From Bdellovibrionota bacterium (GTDB lineage: Bacteria; Bdellovibrionota_C; UBA2361), in the NCBI GenBank assembly GCA_044352465.1, contig JBILDU010000058.1, positions 1-18,826 on the forward strand: a stretch of DNA of 18,826 nt. The letters are read 5' to 3'. The stretch's first letter is position 1. Each line of letters begins with the position of its first letter. Shown in pieces: positions 1-8,295 of the stretch. The position numbers and the translations under genes were made by a program. The notes beneath the pieces were generated by a model. It was given only the letters and a program-made list of their open reading frames with translations, was not told the DNA's origin and did not search any database.

Positions 1-1014
1 CTTCTCACCGAGTATTACACCGGCTCGAAGCCTGTGTACGGGATCGTTGAGGCTTCTAAGACTGGGCCGGCGACCAACATCATCGCGGGTATCTCGCTCG
101 GTTTTATGAGCTGCGCTCTCCCGATCGGAGTTATCGTCGTCGCGACCCTCGGGGCCCACTATTTCGGCGGCCTTTATGGTGTAGCTCTGGCGGCGGTCGC
201 GATGCTCGCAACGGTTGGTGTCACGATGACTATCGACGCCTACGGACCGATCGCGGACAACGCGGGTGGCATCTCGGAGATGGCGGAGCTCGGGAAAGAA
301 ACTCGGGCTATTACTGACCGTCTCGATGCGCTTGGAAACACTACCGCGGCTATCGGCAAAGGCTTCGCTATCGGCGCAGCGGGTTTGGCGGCGCTCTCGC
401 TGTTCGGAGCATACGCCCAGCTTTTTGCTGACCACGGTAAGATCCTTGATCTTTCAATGACGAATCCGCTAGTCGTGGCCGGTGTCTTCATCGGCGCGAT
501 TCTCCCCGGTATCGTCACGGCGCTTACCATGAAGTCGGTCGGTAAAGCGGCTGGTTACATGGTCACTGAGATTCGGCGTCAGTTTAAAGAGATTCCTGGT
601 CTCCTCGAAGGGAAAGAGGGGGTCAAGCCGGAGGTCTCGAAGTGCGTTCAGATCTCGACCAAGGCGGCTCTCACCGAGATGCGGCTCCCCGGTATCATCT
701 CGGTTGCGACCCCGGTGCTCGTGGGCCTTATCCTCGGCGCTGAGGCGCTTGCGGGATTACTCCTCGGCACGACAGTTGTCGGCGTGGTGCTCGGCATCTT
801 CATGGCGAACGCAGGCGGTGCCTGGGATAACGCCAAGAAGTTCATCGAACAGGGCCTTGTTGCAGGAGAGCACAAAGGTTCCTCAGCCCATAAGGCCGCG
901 GTGGTTGGTGACACGGTTGGCGATCCGTTCAAGGATACCTCGGGTCCCTCACTCAACATCCTTATCAAGATGGTGTCGGCGTTAGCGCTGCTCATCGCTC
1001 CGATCTTGATGTAA
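1..1014 (+). CDS. hppA: Membrane-bound H+/Na+-translocating pyrophosphatase, K+-dependent type (5'-truncated by window edge)
   Basis: The frame is open from position 1 ([12 protein letters not shown]...). It carries the mPPase motifs [40 protein letters not shown] and [21 protein letters not shown], plus many hydrophobic helices. GNTTAA (Ala rather than Lys) is the K+-dependent signature. Confidence 0.97.
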   Translation, partial: LLTEYYTGSKPVYGIVEASKTGPATNIIAGISLGFMSCALPIGVIVVATLGAHYFGGLYGVALAAVAMLATVGVTMTIDAYGPIADNAGGISEMAELGKETRAITDRLDALGNTTAAIGKGFAIGAAGLAALSLFGAYAQLFADHGKILDLSMTNPLVVAGVFIGAILPGIVTALTMKSVGKAAGYMVTEIRRQFKEIPGLLEGKEGVKPEVSKCVQISTKAALTEMRLPGIISVATPVLVGLILGAEALAGLLLGTTVVGVVLGIFMANAGGAWDNAKKFIEQGLVAGEHKGSSAHKAAVVGDTVGDPFKDTSGPSLNILIKMVSALALLIAPILM

Positions 1015-1068
1015 CGGGACTCCTCGAAAGAGGATGACCTCGAAGTGGTTTAAAAACCCCCTCTGGAG

Positions 1069-1097
1069 AGAGGCGACGAAAGTCGCCTCTTTTTTTT
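1069..1097 (+). terminator. Rho-independent terminator of hppA
   Basis: Perfect 9-bp stem AGAGGCGAC/GTCGCCTCT with a GAAA loop, followed by a T-run, about 55 nt after the hppA stop. Confidence 0.9.
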
Positions 1098-1219
1098 GTG
1101 CCGATCGATTACTTCGTTTCAAAGTCTCGCAACGGTGCTTCGAAGGGGATGAACCGAGAAGTGAGCTTGACGAGGCGCGGTTTCGAAAGTAACCCGAGTT
1201 CGACGGATGCTATGGTTTC

Positions 1220-1654
1220 TCAGCGGAGCATTCGCGCGTCGGCAGGGGTGAGCCGTTGCCCCGGAGCAGCCGAACTGCCCGCGCCTTCAAGAACCGTCAC
1301 GTGGCGCGCGACGAGCCTCCTCCCATCGCCGAGGAGTCCTCGTATTTCCACCATTTTCCCCGAGCGTAGCTCACCTGTGATAACCGTTGAATCATCGATA
1401 AAAAACTCTTCCCCATTTACCCACCACGAAGCTCCGCTTCCGCTCACCTCGCCGATCATCGAGAATTGGGGAGCTCCTCGCCGGGATTCCTCGGCAAGCT
1501 GGTGAAGTTGACTTACTACCTTCTCGGTAGTTGCCGCGTCGTGGTCGTTCAGAGTTGTCGCAGCGCCGGGGCTCAGCGGTTCGGCAACACTCATCGTGAG
1601 TGGCATCGCCAAGATAGTCGCGGTGAGGAGGAGATTTATGCAGTGGGCTCTCAT
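1220..1654 (-). CDS. Secreted DUF5666-like (OB-fold-type) domain protein
   Basis: Signal peptide (MRAHCINLLLTATILAMPLTMSVA|E). The pattern GEV..SWWVNG..F.IDDSTVI.G.L..G..VEIRG......LVA..V matches DUF5666 from memory. ATGA overlap with the pilY1 stop codon. Confidence 0.75.
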   Translation of the reverse strand: MRAHCINLLLTATILAMPLTMSVAEPLSPGAATTLNDHDAATTEKVVSQLHQLAEESRRGAPQFSMIGEVSGSGASWWVNGEEFFIDDSTVITGELRSGKMVEIRGLLGDGRRLVARHVTVLEGAGSSAAPGQRLTPADARMLR

Positions 1655-4600
1655 CGGCTTGTCACCTCGTGAAAACTAATAATCGACATCGGTAGATTAT
1701 AGATATTAAACGGCAATAACTTTGGAGGCGGCATCTGATCGGTAGAGCCTACCTCTCCGTTCTCACCACCTCCGGAGTTGCTGGTTGGGTCTGACGGATA
1801 CGCTTCAGGAATGATAACTCGCTTCGCCCCCAGAAGCACACTTGGTGAGCCGGGAAGTCCGGTGTGACCAACTGCCGAGACAGCTGGTAAGATCCCACCG
1901 TTCGATGTGTGAAGACGGATATCGTCGATCGTGAGCTCACCATCGTGTTGATACGGGGTCACGTCGTTTAAGAGATCAACTGTGCGGACCTTTGTATCAA
2001 AGAGTGGTTCAAGCTCGCCCCCCGTGATTCCTTTGGTGAGATCCGCTGAGTTATAGAGTAGATCGCCCGTAAGATCCGGTATCCCGCCGTTAAAAAATGG
2101 GGCATCGGGATTTTGACTGTAGTCGATGACAGCGCCACCGCCCGTCTGAAAATGGACCGCATTAAAGAAGCTTAAGCCGCCGATATCGCACGCGACGGTA
2201 TCGGGGGCGAAGGTCGTAAAGAGAATCTGGCCCCGTACGTTGATCGGCGGATTGACGACTTCACCGACTGGCTCGATAAAATTCGAATTGAGATTCACCC
2301 CGGTGGTCAGCGGAATGTAGAATCCTACGGTCCCCGTGGGAACGAGATACTTCCCGCTCGCGGTGTCGCGCCGTACGGCGAACGTTGCCGCTGATTGATT
2401 TTGCAGATTCGCTGTCGTCACGTTCGTGAGCGCCGCATTGAATGCATCGCTCGTGGTATCGACCGGATCCATAATGCCGATGATGCTCTGAGAATTGTTT
2501 GCAATTGTGGTGATATCCGAGCTCTGATCGTGGCGTCCGGTTCCAAAATAAACCCCAACGGCAAGCTCCATCCCGGTCGAACCGGCGCCGCTCCCTGTAT
2601 ACACGGGGTTCTTCGCGAGAACGGTAAGGGGTGCTGCGACGATCGGTTGGGTCGAGGGTCCATCGTAGAGACGAGCTGCGGTCCACGCTGAGGCGAGTCC
2701 GCTCACCCGTACTCGGTACATATCTCCCGACTCGGTACCGACGTAGAGTCGATCGACGTTGCGATCTTGGTCGTTTTGAGAGGTTGCGACCGCGGTGGTG
2801 CGGGTCCCAGCCGGGTCGGTGCTGTTGAGCGTCAGGGTGGTTGGGGATGGCGGGCTGGTGCTGCCAAGATTATATGCCGCGATCACGGTCCCCGCCGTCG
2901 TTCTTCCTTCGCCGGTTCCGACGACCATGTGCCACGTGAAATCGCTTGGATTCGTGGACGCAGCAGCTCCGTTAGAGACGACGACCGTAGGCTTGGTCCA
3001 GCTTTGCCCGTAGGTGCTGGGGTCGCTTATCTCCCACACGAGTTGGGGATCGTTACGGTCAGTGATGTCGAGCACTGTATACGTGGAGCCACCCGTACGA
3101 AGACCAAACATCGCGAGGGTCCGCCACTGGCCGTTTCGGTACACGTCTTCAACGGTGATCGGCCCATCAACGAATGCGCGCCGGCTCTGGGTAACGTAGG
3201 ACGGTCTCCCGAGGCGCTCGAGGAAGGGGAGTTGCGACGATGGAATATACGCCCAGAGCTCCTCACCGGACGTGGAGTCGAAGGCGTGGAGCATTCCATC
3301 GTTTGCGCCAGCGAGGAGGATGCGCGGCTCGTTTTGAAGGCTGGCGACAAAGGCGTTATAGCCGGTGAGTGCGGAGAAGTTTCCGTTCTTGGCACCTACC
3401 TCAACTGGCTTCGAGTAGACGATATCACCGAGTCTATCGGCCCGGTTATCGGCGTTTCGATCACGCACCCGCATCCCTGAGATATCGGTCCCTGTGATAT
3501 AGCTTATCAGTGTCGATGCTGCAGCAGTCTCGGTGTAGGCCGTTAGGGGCGCGGGGAGGAGCGTCGAGCTTAACTGGGCGGTGTCATAGAAACGAAACAA
3601 TTGGGGTCGAAGGTTTGCGGCGTTGACCGTGTCAAAGCCAACCGTTTGATTCGTTCGACCATCGAAGTTGGAGTCGTAACCAGCGATGATTCGACGTGGT
3701 TGGGTGGAGAGATCCCGCTCGTCGAGCAGATCCGCGATATCGAAGAGGAACTCGAGGGCATCAGAGGCCGCGTTATAATTGAAGACCTGGATCCGCCCCA
3801 CCCAGTTGTCGGCGTAGAAGACCGGCTGGTAGACGCGTGTCTCTCCGTAAAGCTTCTCGAGCGTTGCAACCCCGGCCCCTGACGTTGGAATCTGAAAGAC
3901 GACGTTGATGATGTCTTGGAGTGCAGCGGCGAGCTCGTTGGTTGTTGATGGGACAAAAGCTGAGCCTGTGCCACCGGCTTGAGCGTAGCGGTCCAAAAGG
4001 GGATAGCTCGGCACACCAAACGCCACCGCGTACGATGAGATATTCTGTACCCCGGCCACGGTTGAGCGAATATCGGTATGGTAGGCCCACCACGACGAGT
4101 CTGAGAGAAATGAAGAGATACACGTGCTACTACTACTCGAACACGAACCCATCGAGCTTACCGGATTAGAGTTACTATCAACGTTCGAGGGATAGCTTCC
4201 ATTCGGCCACCGTTTGATGCTCTCGCTCGAGGGGAGCCCGTCGGTCAACATTACGATCACATGGGCGTCGCATTGTCCGGTGATGGGAGAGGTATAATTA
4301 CTAGTTGAGGAGGTGCATGAGTCGGTATCTGACGCCCCGCCAAAGTAGCGCAGCGCTTCGATATAGGTTGAGGTCAGCGGTGTTCCACCACCCCCGGTTA
4401 GGGTTGGAATTTCGCTCAAGAGAGTAGCGGTTGTCGTGCCGATCGGCCGCCGAATCCGCCCCCGTCCGCAGGTCGAATAGTTACCTTGAGGGGCGTACCA
4501 CTGTGAATAGATATTCCCGCTACTCGTTCCCGCGGTAAACGTCGCGCCGTTAAGCGTCGCTATCCCGAAGTTGACACTCGTATTCGTTGAGATGAGCGAG

Positions 4601-5466
4601 GTCATCACATCTTTAACCGATTGGATGCGGGTTGCTCCGGGAAGTGCCGCACGCTGCTCCTCCGTGGCGCAATAGAAGATCCAGCGTAGGTATTCGCGGC
4701 GATACCAGCCTTGTGAGAGAAAAACCTGACGGCTGTTAAACACCACCGTTCCTCCGGGGGAGGTATAGGCTGTGGTGAAGTTATCGAGCAGAGTATTTGA
4801 GGCGTTGAAGCTCGCCCATACGTCATTCCAGTTATTATAGCCGTTCTCGTAGGTGTTTTGGCGATAGCGCAGATAGAGGTACTCGTTGCCGCTGCTATCG
4901 GTCACATAAGAACCGGAGTTCGCGGTGAGGTTCGATACTTGGAAGACGTTCGAGCCGGTAACCCCTGCATTTCCGTAGAGCGAGCCGGTATTGATTCCGG
5001 TGGTAGGACATGATGACCCGGACGTGCCGGAGCAACAGGTGGCGTTGCCACTTGAGTTATTACAGGTCATCGCATTAATGAAGGGAAATGAGGTGGGGCT
5101 ATTAAGAGCTCGCGACGTGTAGATGCTATTGGAGCTCGTAGCACCGTAGAAGCCCGCGTTCACCTCGATGAGCATCGGCTGGAGGAGTTGCGTTGATGCG
5201 GGGCTCGCGCTCCCTGAGAGCAGCTTAAATATGACGGAGGGGAGCGCTTTCGAGGTGTCGGCGGAGCACGCGCTCGTCGGTGAGAAATCAGGGTGCTCGA
5301 TTACCGCGTTCATCGAGCCCGAGTCATCAACCAGGAGCATGATCTTAGCAGCGTTCGGCGCTTTCACGAGGACCGGGATCTCCGACTGGGTGAGCCCGCT
5401 TCGTGGAGTAAGCGTTAGCGTTACCCCAACAAGGATAAGAAAAAATCTTTCGAGACACCGCATCAT
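1651..5466 (-). CDS. pilY1: Type IV pilus tip adhesin PilY1/PilC family with N-terminal vWA domain
   Basis: Signal peptide; vWA MIDAS elements DDSGSM, GGTPL and LTDG. PilC beta-propeller motifs LGDIVYSKP, GANDGMLHAF, GEELWAYIP, FVDGP, GQSWTKP, DRLYVG and YFGTGR. Lies downstream of the minor pilins. Confidence 0.93.
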   Translation of the reverse strand: MMRCLERFFLILVGVTLTLTPRSGLTQSEIPVLVKAPNAAKIMLLVDDSGSMNAVIEHPDFSPTSACSADTSKALPSVIFKLLSGSASPASTQLLQPMLIEVNAGFYGATSSNSIYTSRALNSPTSFPFINAMTCNNSSGNATCCSGTSGSSCPTTGINTGSLYGNAGVTGSNVFQVSNLTANSGSYVTDSSGNEYLYLRYRQNTYENGYNNWNDVWASFNASNTLLDNFTTAYTSPGGTVVFNSRQVFLSQGWYRREYLRWIFYCATEEQRAALPGATRIQSVKDVMTSLISTNTSVNFGIATLNGATFTAGTSSGNIYSQWYAPQGNYSTCGRGRIRRPIGTTTATLLSEIPTLTGGGGTPLTSTYIEALRYFGGASDTDSCTSSTSNYTSPITGQCDAHVIVMLTDGLPSSESIKRWPNGSYPSNVDSNSNPVSSMGSCSSSSSTCISSFLSDSSWWAYHTDIRSTVAGVQNISSYAVAFGVPSYPLLDRYAQAGGTGSAFVPSTTNELAAALQDIINVVFQIPTSGAGVATLEKLYGETRVYQPVFYADNWVGRIQVFNYNAASDALEFLFDIADLLDERDLSTQPRRIIAGYDSNFDGRTNQTVGFDTVNAANLRPQLFRFYDTAQLSSTLLPAPLTAYTETAAASTLISYITGTDISGMRVRDRNADNRADRLGDIVYSKPVEVGAKNGNFSALTGYNAFVASLQNEPRILLAGANDGMLHAFDSTSGEELWAYIPSSQLPFLERLGRPSYVTQSRRAFVDGPITVEDVYRNGQWRTLAMFGLRTGGSTYTVLDITDRNDPQLVWEISDPSTYGQSWTKPTVVVSNGAAASTNPSDFTWHMVVGTGEGRTTAGTVIAAYNLGSTSPPSPTTLTLNSTDPAGTRTTAVATSQNDQDRNVDRLYVGTESGDMYRVRVSGLASAWTAARLYDGPSTQPIVAAPLTVLAKNPVYTGSGAGSTGMELAVGVYFGTGRHDQSSDITTIANNSQSIIGIMDPVDTTSDAFNAALTNVTTANLQNQSAATFAVRRDTASGKYLVPTGTVGFYIPLTTGVNLNSNFIEPVGEVVNPPINVRGQILFTTFAPDTVACDIGGLSFFNAVHFQTGGGAVIDYSQNPDAPFFNGGIPDLTGDLLYNSADLTKGITGGELEPLFDTKVRTVDLLNDVTPYQHDGELTIDDIRLHTSNGGILPAVSAVGHTGLPGSPSVLLGAKRVIIPEAYPSDPTSNSGGGENGEVGSTDQMPPPKLLPFNIYNLPMSIISFHEVTSR

Positions 5467-5544
5467 AACGGCTCCTACCTCTCTTTCTGCGTTAGGCCAG
5501 CAACGTCATGTTGAGCGGCGAGCTTTGGCTTCCGCTCGCAGGGG

Positions 5545-6240
5545 TTACATGACCGGCATTTTTACTACAGACACCACGGTCGCACTGCCGATACGGCCCC
5601 GGACCTCACGGAGCGCCGTTCCGGTAATGCGAAAACGAACCTCTTTAGCGTTTCCTCCCTCGGCGAGTGAGCTGCTGAGATTCCCACCCACCGCCGCCGC
5701 TGATGGAAGGGTTTCATCGAGTCGCTCAACTTGCACCCAAGCGGGGTGATCGCCGACTGTCACATCAGCTGTAGGGGGTGCCATCGGATCGAGTTGCTCA
5801 GTTATTGCATACGTCGTCTCCACCGCGGAACCGTCGTCGCCGAGTGGGCCGAAATTTTTGATGAGTCCGCCCCCAGCAGGAAAGAAGTTTCGGTGACACC
5901 CAGCGCTGGAGTCGCACAGCGGAACACCGTTATTCGATGCGTAGGTATTCGGAGAATACTCAGTGTATCCCGTCGGAGATTCAGCGAGCGTGCCCTGCTG
6001 GTCCCATAGATTGCCGTACCCACTCATATCGGCGATCGTTTTATGGAGAGCTCCCTCGGCGGCGAGATAGCTCTGCGCGATGCCCTCTTGAGCGCCGGTG
6101 CGCTTTAATCCCTCCGAGGATAGGGTGGTTAATATCGTCGTAACTCCGAGTACTACCACCATCATCATCAGCGCGGCGGGCAGGGCGAAGCCGTGTTCTT
6201 GGAGGTGGTCTCGTGGAGCAAGAATGAGTGGCCCTCTCAT
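5545..6240 (-). CDS. pilX: Minor pilin, PilX-like
   Basis: Prepilin-like G|FALPAALMMMVVVL lacking Glu5, as is typical of PilX/GspK. Also SYLAAEGAL and C-terminal FRITGTA. Positioned directly before pilY1. Confidence 0.82.
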   Translation of the reverse strand: MRGPLILAPRDHLQEHGFALPAALMMMVVVLGVTTILTTLSSEGLKRTGAQEGIAQSYLAAEGALHKTIADMSGYGNLWDQQGTLAESPTGYTEYSPNTYASNNGVPLCDSSAGCHRNFFPAGGGLIKNFGPLGDDGSAVETTYAITEQLDPMAPPTADVTVGDHPAWVQVERLDETLPSAAAVGGNLSSSLAEGGNAKEVRFRITGTALREVRGRIGSATVVSVVKMPVM

Positions 6241-6962
6241 AGCACCCGTCTATGAATACCAGTTGAAAACGGTTGCTTTCGGTGTTGGCTGCCGCCTCCC
6301 TCGACCGAGGTTGCCAGATTGACCGTCAGAAACCCGTTAGCCCACGCAAACGGATCTTCGTTTGTACCGTTGCCATCGCGGTCTATCGTCACCACATTGG
6401 AAGCTACAGGGCGGGTGAGCTGCGGGGTGGTTGGATCGCCTACCGATACGTCGCATGAGAAGAGGTCGTCCACGGGGATCTCCCCGCGGAGGAGTTCGCG
6501 CGAAACCGGGTCGTACCGATAGCCCACATAATAGGGTTGCAAGCCGCCCGTTCCGACTGCAGCGACATCATCAACGGCAACAAAAAACTTGAGGGTAGTC
6601 GCCGTAACCTCGATCTCCGCGGTGCAGTTTGAAGCGCTTTCAACGGTGCCCGGAAGGTACGGCGATAGCATCGAGCTCATCCGCAGTTCGGTTGAAAGAA
6701 TATCGAGGCCCCGCTTGAGTTCGAAAGTTTCAAGCGTCGCACGCGATTCAAGGCTCAACTCTCGAAGGGAGTGGGTGGAGACTCCGACAATGCCCATTCC
6801 AACGACGCTAAACATCAGGAGACTCACCAGTGTCTCCATCAACGTCGTGCCCCTTTCGTGATGGCACGAAAGAGGTGAGCCCCGGCGTTCGACGGGGGCA
6901 TGCGATAGCGTGAAAGACCTTTTCACAGGCTCACGACGCTGTTTGAGCGATAACAGTCTCAT
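6237..6962 (-). CDS. pilW: Minor pilin, PilW-like (start uncertain; GTG at 6926 is an alternative)
   Basis: Class III signal HERG|TTLMETLVSLLMFSVV, followed by LDILSTELRM helix. Its stop overlaps the pilX start (ATGA). Confidence 0.78.
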   Translation of the reverse strand: MRLLSLKQRREPVKRSFTLSHAPVERRGSPLSCHHERGTTLMETLVSLLMFSVVGMGIVGVSTHSLRELSLESRATLETFELKRGLDILSTELRMSSMLSPYLPGTVESASNCTAEIEVTATTLKFFVAVDDVAAVGTGGLQPYYVGYRYDPVSRELLRGEIPVDDLFSCDVSVGDPTTPQLTRPVASNVVTIDRDGNGTNEDPFAWANGFLTVNLATSVEGGGSQHRKQPFSTGIHRRVL

Positions 6963-7380
6963 AGCTAAAAACCCTCGTTCCGAGCTTGCCGCGAATGTGA
7001 GTAGCTTCGATCCGTACCCGCACCGCTTGAGGCGCGCTTCCCGAAGCGGAGCTCATCGCTATAAAGGTGACGACATACGTTACGTCCGGAGAGACCGACT
7101 CGATCGATTGCGACGTGGTAGCGCCATTGATTATCGCCGTCCGTACCTCGCCAAAGCGCGCTAGAATTGAGTTGAGCCCCTCTTGCCGGTATCCATCGAT
7201 GATCGACTGAACCTCATCAATAAGAGTCGAGTAGTCCTGATTGGCTGCGTTCGCGTGAAGTGTATAGACGTGAAGATTCGTTGTTCCAAGGACCGTAAGC
7301 CCAAGCAGCGCGATCGCAAAAAGGTTCTCAATAATACTGAATCCACGTTCAGTGAGACGAGGCGTCGGAGCTCTCTTCAT
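6931..7380 (-). CDS. pilV: Minor pilin, PilV-like
   Basis: Class III signal ERG|FSIIENLFAIALL with Glu5; 149 aa; ATGA overlap with the upstream pilin gene. Confidence 0.78.
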   Translation of the reverse strand: MKRAPTPRLTERGFSIIENLFAIALLGLTVLGTTNLHVYTLHANAANQDYSTLIDEVQSIIDGYRQEGLNSILARFGEVRTAIINGATTSQSIESVSPDVTYVVTFIAMSSASGSAPQAVRVRIEATHIRGKLGTRVFSYETVIAQTAS

Positions 7381-7799
7381 AGCCGCACCGTCCCGTTCTG
7401 ATTGACCGTCACCGTAGCACGCGTACCCCGATTCTTAATCGCGAGAGTGGTGCTTCCTGAAATACCGCGTGCAAGGCCGAGCCCGTTAAAAGTTATCTCC
7501 GTCGTGGCGGACTCCTCCCAAGTCGAACCGCTGGCGAGGGCGAGAGAGTCCTCTACCGTACCGTCGCCGTCGATATCGACGGAAATCCCTGTCGAGGTGA
7601 GCTCGACCTGAACATCGGTGCGAAGACGAACCGCTTCGTCACGAGCCGTGATCAAGAGTAGCGCAACTGTGCGGATGTCCTCAGCGGCGCGGAGTTGGCC
7701 GAATACGTGGGAGATGCTGGGCGCACCGATAAGTGCGAGGAGCCCGCAGAGCGAGACCGTCACAAGAAGTTCGAGCGCGGAGAAACCACGTTGATGCAT
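7377..7799 (-). CDS. Minor pilin, FimT/FimU/GspH-like
   Basis: MHQRG|FSALELLVTV prepilin motif, with ARDEAVR, ITFNGLG and VTVNQNG.V motifs typical of FimT/GspH. ATG at 7799 is preferred over TTG at 7814. Confidence 0.85.
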   Translation of the reverse strand: MHQRGFSALELLVTVSLCGLLALIGAPSISHVFGQLRAAEDIRTVALLLITARDEAVRLRTDVQVELTSTGISVDIDGDGTVEDSLALASGSTWEESATTEITFNGLGLARGISGSTTLAIKNRGTRATVTVNQNGTVRL

Positions 7800-8222
7800 G
7801 ACACCTAAAAGCAACTGCCACCACCGTAGCTGCTGAGCTTCACGGTAGAGCTTGTTCTGCCGGGCTGCGCAGATGGCGCGAATAGAGACCTCGGCGAGAC
7901 GCTAGACACCGCAGAGGAGGTCGGCGGCTTCGAGGGAAAAGCTTATGATCTGGCTCTCTTTTATGGGTTTTTATAAGAAACTGAAATACTTCAGTAATTA
8001 GGCTAAGCGCAGCGGCAGAGTTAATTGAACTGCTTCCGCTGCAGTTTCGACTGCGAGCGCTCCGGCATGCTCAACGAGGGATGTATCTTCTTCCTCGAGG
8101 TATTACTGCGCACTCGCACCTTATGGGTCAGGATCCTGCCCTTCAGCACGCACCCGCTAAGCTGCGGAGATTCCTAAGAAGTTGCTCTCCTATTCGTCGC
8201 ACCGGGCACCGCCGCTTCGCTC

Positions 8223-8263
8223 CCTTGCTCGGGCTGCCCTCCATGCGAACCCTCGTGCCAAGG
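8223..8263. repeat. Imperfect palindrome, REP-like extragenic element
   Basis: CCTTG-CTCGGGCTGC-CCTCCAT-GCGAACCCTCG-TGC-CAAGG forms an imperfect stem-loop, preceded by CGCTTCGCTC. Only one copy is in the window, so its repeat status is unproven. Confidence 0.3.
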
Positions 8264-8295
8264 TAGCATGGCGAAAAGACTTTCAGAAAACAGCA

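Noticed and set aside
1098..1505. 135-aa plus-strand ORF after hppA
   Set aside because: It starts at the end of the terminator and is antisense to the better-supported DUF5666-like gene.
2767..3480. 237-aa antisense ORF in pilY1, representative of the other long shadow ORFs (e.g. 5168-5749, 12312-12893, 18304-18786)
   Set aside because: These overlap well-supported genes, have no motifs, and are expected in GC-rich coding DNA.
8245..8260. Sigma-54-like promoter TGGCACGAGGGTTCGC on the minus strand upstream of the pilin operon
   Set aside because: The GG-to-GC spacing is N11 rather than the strictly required N10, and the site is about 450 bp from fimU.
8081..8266. 61-aa plus-strand ORF in the pilin/redoxin spacer
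   Set aside because: No recognisable motif, Arg/Pro-rich composition, and it overlaps palindromic DNA. It cannot be fully excluded.
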